From Sodalis sp. (in: enterobacteria) (lineage in GTDB: Bacteria; Pseudomonadota; Gammaproteobacteria; Enterobacterales; Enterobacteriaceae), in contig CP180022.1 in the NCBI GenBank assembly GCA_047528285.1, positions 1,159,958-1,223,957 on the forward strand: a stretch of 64,000 nt of DNA, written 5' to 3'. The notes below the pieces were generated by a model. It saw nothing but the letters and a program-made list of their open reading frames with translations. It was not told where the DNA came from and made no database searches. Below are positions 45,104 through 55,674 of this stretch, in pieces; the stretch's first letter is position 1, and every line of letters starts with the position of its first letter. The position numbers were made by a program, and so were the translations under genes.

Positions 45104-47943
45104 TCTTTTTCCTTTTATTTCTAAAAATTTCCTTTGTTACAGGGGATAGCAAATAGCATAAATGCTAATCAAGAGCATTGATAGTCTCAATTGAGAGATG
45201 ACTTATTTTTTTTGGTAAAAAGGTGTTATCATATACAAACTAATCAGTTTGTTATCTATTTTTTATTTCGAAAATAAATGATTTTAGATATAAGAAATTT
45301 AATATAAATCAATATCTTCAGATTTTTTTTGCTGTATTTTTTATGTTTCTTAGTTACAATGTTGTCATGCATTAGTCATGTAAAAATATTTTAAATTTTC
45401 TTAATAATATTAACAAAATACTCTGTCGTCTTTGTCTTTCTAAGGTTTAATATATGAGAAAAAGTTTGCTTATTTAAGCATTAGCATACAATACCTAAAA
45501 GTGTTATCGATGTATCGAATGGTAAACCATTTCGCCGTTTACTTCACAATAAAATAATGATGTCTAAGTGATATTTTGTTGTCAAACAAACTGTTTTAGC
45601 ATAATATTTTTTGAAATAACACAAAATAGTATTTAAGCTAATATGGGCTTTTTTAAATAAATTAAAACCGTATGATGAATGTGCTCTTGGCTGTGGTCAT
45701 TGTGATGTGTAACAGACACTTGTCGGCATATTTAATAAATTTCTCCATCCGGAATGTGGTGCTGTTTAATCCTATCACATTATCGCGGTTTATCTTACCT
45801 TACGTTTCATACTTACTCATATTTTTAGATAACTGCCAAGAAGAATTTTAAACAAAATATCATCATTTTATCTGCGTCTAAGAGTGCGTCGGTATTGGAT
45901 ATATCTATTTTATTTTTTTGATGTATTATATGAGTAATGTATTATTTTACTTAGGTGTTGATGTGTAACGGTATTGTTTGTGTTTTCATGTTCATGATAT
46001 CCGATTGGCTAATATTGCCCCAACTTTGTGGGAAGCGAAACGTTTTATCTTTTTCCTTTTTTTTAATCACAGAGATTCATAATAAATAAGGTATAGTAAG
46101 GATGATCTGGGTGATGGACTCTTTTTATTTTTGGTGAGGTTTTATTTATTAAAAAAATCCGGTATAGCCAGTGCTTTACTAGAGCAGTGCTTATGATTGC
46201 TCAATTGTGTTGGATATAGATATAATTGTATGCGTTTACATATATGTGTGTAGATAGCGATCGTGTTGTACTCTGTTTTCGGTATAAATTCTTTCTCCTA
46301 TCCTTCTGAAATTTCATTACACTTTACTAAAAAGACTGTATAGCTTTAATAGATCATTGCAATGCGTATAGACTTTTATATTGATCTTAACTTTTTGTCA
46401 TCCATGATGATTGGCGAATAATTTGAATAATTAACTGATTCTTCTGTTAGTTTTAAAATGGAGTTAAAAAAACTTAATGAGGCTCTGATAAAGAATATGA
46501 TTTATAATCAAGAAGTTTTCTTGGTATACTGAAAAGATTAGCCACGGTGATTCAGTTGAAGCTTTTTTTTAAGTATCTATACATCATACATTGACTTAAT
46601 CCAGCTATATTGTCAGATACCTAGGCTGTATGCGTTTTATCTTATCAAGAGTAGTAGGGTAATTTAAAATTTTTTGTTTTATTTATGATATTATATATTG
46701 AAATAATAATATAAATCTGATTTAGCGATCAACTAAAGATCTGATTTTTTTAATAACGCTTATTTTTTAATTCAGGTATAGCAAAATTCTTCTTTTTCTG
46801 AAAGAACTGGATGTGGGATACCAAGAGATGTAAGTAGTATGGCAATATTTTCTATAAAAATAGCTGTAGCACAGTTTTGATAACAGAAAGACTGTTACGA
46901 TATTTTCAATATCTATTGATATTAGATAGTATTAATTACATGTATATCTCAGTATATTTTGAATATAATTTCACCCTATCCCATATCGGAGAATGGATTA
47001 ATATTTTAGTTATTTGATATCCTGATGTTGTTTAACAATAACATATGAAGGTGTTTTCTAAACTTTTGATTTTCAGCGGCGATAAATCTAGTTGATGTGA
47101 GGTAAATTATCTTTCCTTTAGATACGCAAAGCATGAAACTTTTACTCATAAATAAAACATTAGTTTTTAGCAAGGTAAATAAAATTTTTTATACTTACGT
47201 ATTAGTGAATGATACTTAATAGAGTAGTATTGTATGCTAACATTATTCATGATTGCTCTCTATTATAGTTTTTCTGACTTATCAGAAACAATCTAATCAT
47301 GTGAAAATAACCTATAAGTAATCTTTCTGAAAATTGAAAGATTATTCTATATCTTTTATGTTTTTATTAAAATTAAAATAATTTTCTTGTTCCTTTTTAT
47401 TCGTATATAGATACCTAGGTATTGACATAGGTTTCGTTGTTATGGTTAGCAATATTATGTGTTATTAACAGCTCAATGCATGAAAAATTATATTATAACA
47501 TCATTGATGTTTATAGATTAATTTCTCATATATCTTTGTGGATTATTCAGGTTAAAATGATACTAACAATAATAGCATGCCCGAAATAATATATGTATAG
47601 ATAGCTATTTGTTAATAAAAAGGTGGTTATAGAAACTTTAAGTATTATCAAATTGTACTAATCGTTGTTTTTTTCGTATTTTTTGCACCAAAAGTTTTTT
47701 CTCTGAGTTTTAATAAAATGGGTGGACGAGGATAGGCATTTTCCTTTGAAATTGGTGTTTGTGGGGTGAATAAAGGATTTTAAAAAAGCATAAACGGGAT
47801 GACTAAGGTATTTTGCGATACCGAATAAGATGCTTATGTAGTTACAAATAAGGAGAATATATTTTTTGTAAAACTGAAGGGAATTGTTCTCGTAGGTTGT
47901 TATGGAATATTTTTACTCTATTGCCGGGTATGATTTAATTTTT

Positions 47944-48912
47944 TTATTTTACATCAATGCCTTTAGCTTGCAAATCTGCGTGGTAGGAAGAGCGAACCAA
48001 GGGTCCGCAAGCAGCGTGGGTGAATCCCATGCTGAGCGCTTCTTTTTTCAACTCATCAAACTCTTGTGGGCTGACATAGCGTTTAACAGGAAGGTGTTGA
48101 CGGCTTGGTTGAAGATATTGACCCAACGTAAGCATGGTTACGCCGTGATAACGTAAATCGCGCATTACTTCAAGTATTTCCACGTTGGTTTCACCCAGTC
48201 CTACCATCAGCCCAGATTTTGTTGGCAAGTGCGGATTGGCGGCTTTAAAGTTCTCTAGCAGCTTGAGTGATCCGAAATAGTTAGCTCCTGGACGAACTTG
48301 ACGATAAAGGCGAGGCACATTTTCTAGATTATGGTTAAAGACATCTGGCGGTGTGGTGTTGATGATATCTAGTGCACGATCCATACGGCCACGAAAATCT
48401 GGCACTAGCGTTTCGATGTAAATGGTGGGATTTTTAGTGCGTATTGTTTTGATACAATCAGAAAAATGTTGAGCGCCGCCATCGCGTAAATCATCGCGAT
48501 CGACGGAAGTGATTACGACGTAGCGTAGCTCCATATCAACGATAGTTTGCGCTAGTTTTTTAGGTTCATTGGAATCTGGAGCGAGGGGGCGACCATGTGC
48601 AATATCACAGAAAGGGCAATGCCGTGTGCAGATTGCACCTAAGATTATAAAGGTAGCGGTGCCGTGGTTAAAACATTCTGCCAAATTCGGACAGGAAGCT
48701 TCTTCACATACCGAATGGAGGCCGTTTTTACGTAGTGCAGCCTTGATATTTTGAATACGACTTGAATCAGCTGGCAGCTTAATTTTCATCCAGGATGGTT
48801 TTTTTAAGATTTCCTGACGTTCAGACAAAATGGTTTTTATAGGAATTAATACCATTTTTTTAGCGTTAGGGTATTGCATTCCGCTTTTTATATGTGTCAG
48901 TTTAGTCACCAT
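47944..48912 (-). CDS. lipA: lipoyl synthase
   Basis: [69 protein letters not shown] is near-identical to E. coli LipA. Both Cys clusters are present. 322 aa. Confidence 0.97.
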   Translation of the reverse strand: MVTKLTHIKSGMQYPNAKKMVLIPIKTILSERQEILKKPSWMKIKLPADSSRIQNIKAALRKNGLHSVCEEASCPNLAECFNHGTATFIILGAICTRHCPFCDIAHGRPLAPDSNEPKKLAQTIVDMELRYVVITSVDRDDLRDGGAQHFSDCIKTIRTKNPTIYIETLVPDFRGRMDRALDIINTTPPDVFNHNLENVPRLYRQVRPGANYFGSLKLLENFKAANPHLPTKSGLMVGLGETNVEILEVMRDLRYHGVTMLTLGQYLQPSRQHLPVKRYVSPQEFDELKKEALSMGFTHAACGPLVRSSYHADLQAKGIDVK

Positions 48913-49058
48913 GGTGCAGATCCAGTTCTGAAGTCACGAGAATGAAAACAATTAATCAGTCTAGTGCATAAATAGAAAATTTAAAAATTTATATTTTGGA
49001 ATATATAGATTACAGAAAAAGAATATAAAATGTGTTTTTGATAAATTAAGGAATACAT

Positions 49059-49769
49059 CTAGCATCTCATCGTCTGAGCCGAGAAAGAAGATTCTAATTC
49101 TAATATCGGATTATATTGTCTCGGATTACCCCCCCCATTCATGAATTTTGCCCGCAGGGGTATTAGCCTTTTCAGGCATTCAGAGATTAGAATTTGGGCC
49201 ACATCGTCAATATCAGCACATGAAGCTAGATCGCTGACTTGTGTCATACGGAGGCCGACGTGTCCGCACGGGTTTATGTGCAAAAATGGTAATAAGTCCA
49301 TCTTCACATTCAGTGCTAGACCGTGGAATGTGCATCCTTTCTGGATACGTAAACCGAGCGAACAAATTTTATTAATTCCGACGTAGACGCCAGGTGCATC
49401 GGCTCGGGCATAGGCAGAAATAGAGAAATGGGCTAGGGTTGCAATTACTGTTTGCTCTAGCAGAGTAACTAAACTACGCACTCCAATCTTGCAGCGGTGT
49501 AGATCTAGCAGGATATACATTACTTGTTGCCCTGGTCCGTGGAAGGTCACTTTTCCACCGCGATCGCTTTGAAAAACTGGAATTGTGCTGGGCAGAAGTA
49601 CATGCTCTGCACCACCAGACTGACCAAGGGTAAAGATTTGTGGATGCTGCACCAGCCAAATTTCGTCGACGCTCTCGGCATTACGCTCATCGGTGAATCG
49701 ATGCATTGCTAGCAATATTTTCTCATAGGGCTGCAGTCCAAGCCGGCGAACAACCAGGTTATAGAACAC
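49059..49769 (-). CDS. lipB: octanoyltransferase
   Basis: [22 protein letters not shown]...[17 protein letters not shown]...[19 protein letters not shown]...[21 protein letters not shown]...INPCG is collinear with E. coli LipB. It has a GTG start at 49769 and is 236 aa versus 213 in E. coli, with a C-terminal extension. Confidence 0.9.
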   Translation of the reverse strand: MFYNLVVRRLGLQPYEKILLAMHRFTDERNAESVDEIWLVQHPQIFTLGQSGGAEHVLLPSTIPVFQSDRGGKVTFHGPGQQVMYILLDLHRCKIGVRSLVTLLEQTVIATLAHFSISAYARADAPGVYVGINKICSLGLRIQKGCTFHGLALNVKMDLLPFLHINPCGHVGLRMTQVSDLASCADIDDVAQILISECLKRLIPLRAKFMNGGGNPRQYNPILELESSFSAQTMRC

Positions 49770-49787
49770 GATTATTTTTCTCCTAGC

Positions 49788-50051
49788 TTACAGTACTATA
49801 CGTACAATATCTATGTTAGATAGCTCTTCGTACACTGTTTCTATTTGTTCTATGTTGGTAGCTATAATGGTGATGCTAATAGATTTATAATTCCCTTTGT
49901 TACTGGATTTAACTTGGAGTGAATAATTTCCCGGTATGTTGCGCTGTACAACTTCAACCACCAGATTGACTAATTGTGGTTGAGCGAGACCCATAACTTT
50001 ATAAGTGAAAGAACAGGGGAATTCAAGAAATTCTTTCAGTTTAGTTTTCAT
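49788..50051 (-). CDS. ybeD: DUF493 protein YbeD
   Basis: [43 protein letters not shown]...[39 protein letters not shown] matches E. coli YbeD ([43 protein letters not shown]...). 87 aa. Confidence 0.92.
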   Translation of the reverse strand: MKTKLKEFLEFPCSFTYKVMGLAQPQLVNLVVEVVQRNIPGNYSLQVKSSNKGNYKSISITIIATNIEQIETVYEELSNIDIVRIVL

Positions 50052-50152
50052 GATAATTTTTTATGATTTTTTAAACCCTACACCGCGGTAATCACAGATG
50101 CTAATCTTTTATTTTAGCAGTGAGGAGTGGCGCATGACAAGGGATAAACAAA

Positions 50153-50460
50153 CTAATCGGATTCATAGTGGAAAATTATTTTGATATACTGAATCTTTCG
50201 GTTAAAAACTTTTTTACCTCTTTGAGTACTACAAGAAGTCGCATATAATTTACGTTTTTTATACTGAGTATACCGCTGTCGGTATTCACAAATTACACAC
50301 ATCGTGTCAGAAAATTTCTTATAAGATTTGAGTGGAACCACCGGTTCAAAAAATAGAACCCCATGTCAGCGGTTTTCGGATTTCATTTTCCTTCCTTTTT
50401 ATTGAAACACAGCCTACATTGTGAGGGAATCAAGATATATATCTGACTTTCAGCTGCGGA
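50153..50460 (-). pseudogene. dacA: D-alanyl-D-alanine carboxypeptidase DacA (PBP5), 3' remnant
   Basis: The 62-aa ORF 50153..50341 ends ...KKVFNRKIQYIKIIFHYESD*. E. coli DacA ends ...[20 protein letters not shown], with the stop at the equivalent position ~100 nt upstream of ybeD. Further upstream, in another frame, ESQIYILIPS matches DKDVYLTIPR. The rest of dacA and all of rlpA (expected between here and rodA) are not recognisable. Confidence 0.7.
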
Positions 50461-51478
50461 GACAATTAATTAGATTGTAGCCTACGGATTTAGTATGGGC
50501 CGGTTTTGTGATTACTGTCAGCAGTTAGATTTTTACATATATGAGATTGTTGCGGTTTATCTTTAGTGAATGTTATTGAAGATTAATTTTTTCTTTATTA
50601 GGTGACATATTTTGTCTGGCAGATCTCTAATTAACGTTTTATCAATTATTGCCAAGAATTTATCTTGCTTTTCAGAGGCGTAATTAGCTATTGCTAAGAT
50701 GGTATCATTTTCTATATTATAGAATGATGCTGCGATTAAGGTTGCAAAACCAGGTTAATCTAATAGTTCGATTTTAAGGATATCAAAAATGAGCCTTTAA
50801 TTACTGGATGATTGAGGATAGTTAAAGCATTTTTATTTATAGTAAAAATATCATTTATGGATGATACCCATGTTTAGAATGATTTGGTCGAGTACATAAT
50901 ACGTTATTATTTTTCAGACAGTCTTGATTGTGATACGCGATAGGGTTACTTTTTGCAAAAGTAATTTATAGATAATTGTAATTAACGAGAATGTAAAGGA
51001 TTGGGTGCTGATTTTCTGTACGACAGGAATCATGGTCTTTAGATTAATACTGTTGTGGCCAATGTAATTGTTGGAATACAGTTAATAATAAAATGCCACT
51101 TTAGGCTAATAGACAGAAGCGGTGAAATGTAGTGATATTCATTTATGTCAGGGACAATAAAAATCGTTTGAAGTAAGTTAAAATTATTTTTTATTATATA
51201 TAATCTCAGATTATAAAAGGTAGAATTATGGAAAGCGTGTTACGTGAGATTTTTAATAATAATATCTTTTCAAAGGTTGAAAGATAAGTGATTCCGGTTA
51301 AAATTATCAAGGCGCGATTATTGAACGATAATAAGATGTAACGTTTTTGTTAGAGAAGAAGGAAGAAAAACGCTGGTGGTTGCGTGCTTTTTGATAGAGA
51401 TATTTACAAGCGATAAGAAGAAGCCACATTATGCCGATATAAATAAAACACAGAATTAATATAAAGCATTTCTTATTC

Positions 51479-52591
51479 CTATAAAATTTTAGATAACATT
51501 TTTCGATGAGTGTGTATCGACATGACGATACCAAATCCAGCCATTAACACTATCAGCGCTGAACCACCATAACTTACTAACGGTAGCGGGACACCAACTA
51601 CCGGTAAAATTCCACTAACCATACCGATATTAACAAAGATATAAATAAATAAAATCAGCATCAAACTGCCGGCCATGACTCGACCGAAGGTGTTTTGCGC
51701 TTGTGCTGCGATTATTAGACCGCGAAGAATAGCACCAAGATAAAGGGCGAGTAGTACCAATGCACCGATGAATCCCCACTCCTCTCCAATAACTGCGAAA
51801 ATGAAGTCGCTATGGCGTTCTGGTAAAAATTCTAGTTGCGATTGAGTACCCTTCAGCCAGCCTTTTCCGGATAATCCGCCAGAACCGATGGCGATTTTAG
51901 ATTGAATTATATGGTAGCCTGCCCCAAGGGGATCGTTTTCAGGATTTAACAGCATGATTACTCGTTCCTTCTGGTAATCATGCATCAAAAAGAACCATAA
52001 TATAGGGATAAATATTGCTACAATCAGTGCTGCTACGGTGATTAGTTTCCAGCTAATCCCCGACAAGAAAAGTACGAATAGGCCAGAGACGGCGATAAGG
52101 ATTGCGGTTCCTAGATCGGGCTGCATGGCTACAAGCAATGCGGCTATAAAAATAAGTAGAAGTGAAATAAAGATATTTCTCAGAGACGGGGGGCAGCTGC
52201 TGCGATTAATAAAGCGCGCGACCATCAGGGGTACGGCGATTTTTGCGATCTCTGACGGTTGAAATCGAATAAAACCTAGATCTAACCAGCGCTGTGCTCC
52301 TTTACTAATCTGCCCAAAGGTATCAACTAATACCAGCAAAAAGACACAGATAATATAAAGATACGGTGCCAAGGTTTCATACGCGCGCGGCGGTATTTGC
52401 GCCATAACTAGCATTACTAGAAAGCCAATCACAATTTGCGCAAGCCTACGCTCTATCATGCCGACATGTTGTCCGCTGGCACTCCACAGTACAGCAGTAC
52501 TGTAGATTAGCAATAGGGTAACGAAAAACAGTAGAATTATGTCAATGTGTCGTTTATTCCATATGGATTTTTGTTTGGGATTATTAGCCAT
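51479..52591 (-). CDS. mrdB: peptidoglycan glycosyltransferase RodA (SEDS elongasome)
   Basis: 370 aa, collinear with E. coli RodA ([33 protein letters not shown]...[42 protein letters not shown]...[37 protein letters not shown]). Confidence 0.95.
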   Translation of the reverse strand: MANNPKQKSIWNKRHIDIILLFFVTLLLIYSTAVLWSASGQHVGMIERRLAQIVIGFLVMLVMAQIPPRAYETLAPYLYIICVFLLVLVDTFGQISKGAQRWLDLGFIRFQPSEIAKIAVPLMVARFINRSSCPPSLRNIFISLLLIFIAALLVAMQPDLGTAILIAVSGLFVLFLSGISWKLITVAALIVAIFIPILWFFLMHDYQKERVIMLLNPENDPLGAGYHIIQSKIAIGSGGLSGKGWLKGTQSQLEFLPERHSDFIFAVIGEEWGFIGALVLLALYLGAILRGLIIAAQAQNTFGRVMAGSLMLILFIYIFVNIGMVSGILPVVGVPLPLVSYGGSALIVLMAGFGIVMSIHTHRKMLSKIL

Positions 52592-52594
52592 AAT

Positions 52595-54502
52595 TCACCA
52601 ATTTTCCCCGCTGTAGGAAACGGCTGGCAGCTTTGTCAGTAAGTCTGTGTCGTTATCGTTCAGGAGAATGCGATCTAAAATCCGGCGAGTAATTGTCCCC
52701 ACTGTAGGGCCGCTGCCGCCGTTTTCTAAAATTACCACCACGCATACTGTCGGCTTATCATAAGGAGCAAAAGCAGTCATCAATTTATGGTCACGTAAGC
52801 GTTCTGTGATTTTTTTTGCGTTATAGGTTTCGTTGGCCTTGAGGCTATATACCTGGGCGGTCCCGGATTTTGCCGCTGCCTTATAAGGAGCGTCGGAAAA
52901 ACTTTGGCGCGCCGTGCCGTTTAGTCGGTTGGCTACGCCATACATTCCGTCTTTGGCAATCTCCCAATAACCGGAATTTGGATCGCCAATTTGCAAAATT
53001 TTTGGTTGACGATAGAGAACGTGAAAACCCGCTTCTCGCTTGCCGTAAAGAAGATGCGGTGTGCGTACGGCGCCGTCGTTAATCAGTGTCATCAATGCTT
53101 TTGACATTTGTAGTGGCGTGGCAGTCCAGTAGCTCTGACCAATTCCAACTGGAATTGTATCTCCTTGATACCAGGGTTTTTTGAAATGTGCGATTTTCCA
53201 GTCACGTGTTGGCATAACGCCGGTAACTTCCTCGGACAAATCAATTCCAGTATACTGACCGTAGCCAAATTTATTCATCCATTCGGAAAGTCGATCTATG
53301 CCCATATCATAGGCTACTTGATAAAAAAAGGTATCCGCTGACTCCTCCAGTGCCCGGGTGACATTTAACCAACCATGTCCCCAGTGCCTCCAATCGCGAT
53401 AACGTTTTTCCGAGCCGGGCAATTGCCACCATCCTGGATCAAATAGTAAAAAGTTTTTATTAATGACGCCAATAGTCAGTGCTGATACTGAAATATAAGG
53501 TTTTACGGTGGAGGCAGGAGGGTATACGCCTTGGGTAGCGCGATTGATAAGCGGATGATTTTTATCTTTCAGTAGAACTTGGTATTCCTCGTTGGAAATT
53601 CCGTCGACAAACAGATTAGGATCGTAGCTAGGGTTGGAGCATAATGCGCGAATACCTCCGTCTCGTGGATCTACCACTACTACGGCAGCCCGGCTTCCGA
53701 TTAATAATTTCTCGATATATTGCTGAAGGTTTAAATCCAACGTTAAGGTAATATCTTCACCCGCTTGCGGTGGCTGTTCATGCAACTGACGAATAACTCT
53801 GCCACGGTTATTAATTTCTACTTTTTCGTAACCGGTTTTACCGTGCAGAATGTTTTGATAATAGCGTTCGATACCCAATTTACCGATATCGCGAGTTGCG
53901 GCATAATTTGGTAGAATACCCTCTTTATCTAGACGTTCAATATCAGAGGGGTTGATTTTTGATACATAACCAATAACGTGAGTGAGTGCGGAGCCATAAG
54001 GATAGTAACGTCGCTGGTAGCCTTTTACCTCAACGCCAGGAAAGTGGTACTGGTTAACGGCAAAACGAGCCTGTTGTACGTCGCTTAAACCGATTTTAAG
54101 CGGTAGAGAGGTAAAACGGTAGGTTCGTTTACGCTCTTTTTCAAAATTAGCGATATCGTTATCAGTTAAAGCGACGATTGGACGTAGAGCCGCGATGATT
54201 TTTGTTAAATTTTTTACCTTTTCTGGTACAACTTCTAATTGATAAATGGTGCGATTTAGCGCCAGAGGGGTTCCATTGCGGTCGTAGATAATTCCACGAT
54301 TTGGCGCAATGGGTACAAGTTTTATGCGGTTTTCGTTAGAACGGGTACGGTAATCCTCAAAGCGGATAATTTGCAGATGGTACAGATTGACAATTAGAAC
54401 TCCGGTAAGAAACAAAATAGCGGAAAATGCCACCAGGGTCCGACGCAAAAAAAGCGCTGATTCGGCTGAATAGTTACGGAAAGGGTTACGTTCTATTTTC
54501 AT
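52595..54502 (-). CDS. mrdA: penicillin-binding protein 2 (elongasome transpeptidase)
   Basis: 635 aa. It has an N-terminal anchor and the STVKP active-site motif (PPASTVKPYISVSAL). It lies immediately upstream of rodA with a 3-nt spacer, as in the E. coli mrdAB operon. Confidence 0.95.
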   Translation of the reverse strand: MKIERNPFRNYSAESALFLRRTLVAFSAILFLTGVLIVNLYHLQIIRFEDYRTRSNENRIKLVPIAPNRGIIYDRNGTPLALNRTIYQLEVVPEKVKNLTKIIAALRPIVALTDNDIANFEKERKRTYRFTSLPLKIGLSDVQQARFAVNQYHFPGVEVKGYQRRYYPYGSALTHVIGYVSKINPSDIERLDKEGILPNYAATRDIGKLGIERYYQNILHGKTGYEKVEINNRGRVIRQLHEQPPQAGEDITLTLDLNLQQYIEKLLIGSRAAVVVVDPRDGGIRALCSNPSYDPNLFVDGISNEEYQVLLKDKNHPLINRATQGVYPPASTVKPYISVSALTIGVINKNFLLFDPGWWQLPGSEKRYRDWRHWGHGWLNVTRALEESADTFFYQVAYDMGIDRLSEWMNKFGYGQYTGIDLSEEVTGVMPTRDWKIAHFKKPWYQGDTIPVGIGQSYWTATPLQMSKALMTLINDGAVRTPHLLYGKREAGFHVLYRQPKILQIGDPNSGYWEIAKDGMYGVANRLNGTARQSFSDAPYKAAAKSGTAQVYSLKANETYNAKKITERLRDHKLMTAFAPYDKPTVCVVVILENGGSGPTVGTITRRILDRILLNDNDTDLLTKLPAVSYSGENW

Positions 54503-54611
54503 TCAATGGAATTGTTTCACGTTAACCATATTCATTGTTTTTCTATCGTGATGGTTGATAGAGTAGTTGTTAGTAATCCTTCGCGAAGGATACAGGTTCT
54601 CTGTACGCTAC
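54503..54611 (-). pseudogene. rlmH: 23S rRNA m3Psi1915 methyltransferase RlmH, 3' remnant
   Basis: The minus strand reads ..VAYRE(frameshift)LYPSRRITNNYSINHHDRK.. versus the E. coli RlmH C-terminus [21 protein letters not shown]. It lies directly upstream of mrdA, as in E. coli. Only ~100 nt of a 468-nt gene remain recognisable. Confidence 0.5.
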
Positions 54612-54778
54612 ATCCGAATCAAAAGCGGATATAATAAAAAAAATTAAAAGGAAAAGAAGATGCGTGTTTAAGCTGTTTTGTTCATGCTGGCATATTGGTC
54701 TACCCGATAAGGTAGACTAATATGCTTCCCTTCTTTGTTCAAATTATTGTTGTACTATCTTCTGTATTTTTGCTTATA

Positions 54779-54873
54779 TTAAGTTGCCGAATAACAAAAT
54801 TGGCGTTTTATCCTTCCTATTTCCATCATACGGATGATATCCGTATTTTTAGAGATATTTCTCGATCGATAAA
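54779..54873 (-). pseudogene. rsfS: ribosomal silencing factor RsfS, 5' remnant
   Basis: The minus strand reads FIDREISLKI(1-nt deletion)DIIRMMEIGRIKRQFCYSAT* versus E. coli RsfS [35 protein letters not shown]. It lies between nadD and the rlmH remnant, as expected. ORF 54722..55024 on the plus strand is antisense noise. Confidence 0.65.
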
Positions 54874-55020
54874 GGTTTATCAGATTAAGGAATCACTCTT
54901 TGGAATAACAAGTCGGGATATTCTGGTAGAACCAGAGATTTATCTAATCCGACATATTTTTGTGCAAGATGATAAGCTGTATTCTAATATATATTATATA
55001 GCAATAGCATTGCTTCTGCA

Positions 55021-55674
55021 CTAACGGTATAAATCATGTGCCTCAATATAAACTCGTACTGAAGGGGGAATCAGGGCATCGCAGGTGCCCCCTTCTCGAT
55101 AACGTGCCCGAATATCGCGGGCGGAAATAGCTAGTTGAGGTGTATCTGCATAATAGATCAGCCCGGCAGGTTGCTGATATAACGCTTGCGGATCTCGGGT
55201 TAGCCGGCTTTTGCACCAACGATTAGCAGGCTCTTCTATCGCCATTTTGCTATAGCCTGGACGGGCGCACACTAGAAGATGACATAAGTTTGGCAGCGTT
55301 AAACCACGGTGCCATTGTGGTAGAGTTATTTGTGAATCCTGGCCAATAATAAACCCTAATGGCGCAACGGGGCCATATTCACGGCGTAGGTCTTCAAAGG
55401 TATCTACCGTCCAAGAAGGTATTGCACGCTGCAGTTCGCGATCATCAAGAGTAAATAGTGTGTCTGGGAATTCGGAAATAGCCAGATTTATCATCGCTAT
55501 TCGCTGTTGTGGAGATGCTACGGGGGGCAGCCGATGCGGTGGAATATTATTCGGTAGTAAGATTACTTGCTGGAGGTTAAGAAGGCGTACTAGTGTGATA
55601 ATAGGCCGAAGATGTCCGTAATGGATCGGATCAAATGTCCCGCCGTAGAAAGCTAGAAGTGCGTGTTTAGCCAT
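55021..55674 (-). CDS. nadD: nicotinate-nucleotide adenylyltransferase
   Basis: ALLAFYGGTFDPIHYGHLRP...LLPNNIPPHR matches E. coli NadD (QALFGGTFDPVHYGHLKP...IIPNNVPPHR). The ATG at 55674 overlaps the holA stop by 8 nt. The ORF-track start is a TTG one codon upstream. Confidence 0.92.
   Translation of the reverse strand: MAKHALLAFYGGTFDPIHYGHLRPIITLVRLLNLQQVILLPNNIPPHRLPPVASPQQRIAMINLAISEFPDTLFTLDDRELQRAIPSWTVDTFEDLRREYGPVAPLGFIIGQDSQITLPQWHRGLTLPNLCHLLVCARPGYSKMAIEEPANRWCKSRLTRDPQALYQQPAGLIYYADTPQLAISARDIRARYREGGTCDALIPPSVRVYIEAHDLYR

Noticed and set aside
54576-54591. The 16-bp perfect palindrome ATCCTTCGCGAAGGAT, considered as a terminator or operator.
   Set aside because: It has no T-tract on either strand and lies within the rlmH coding remnant. 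It is noted under the rsfS-rlmH finding but not called as a feature.
54722-55024. A 100-aa plus-strand ORF between mrdA and nadD.
   Set aside because: It is AT-rich, hydrophobic and low-complexity. It lies antisense to the rsfS remnant and has no RBS or recognisable similarity.
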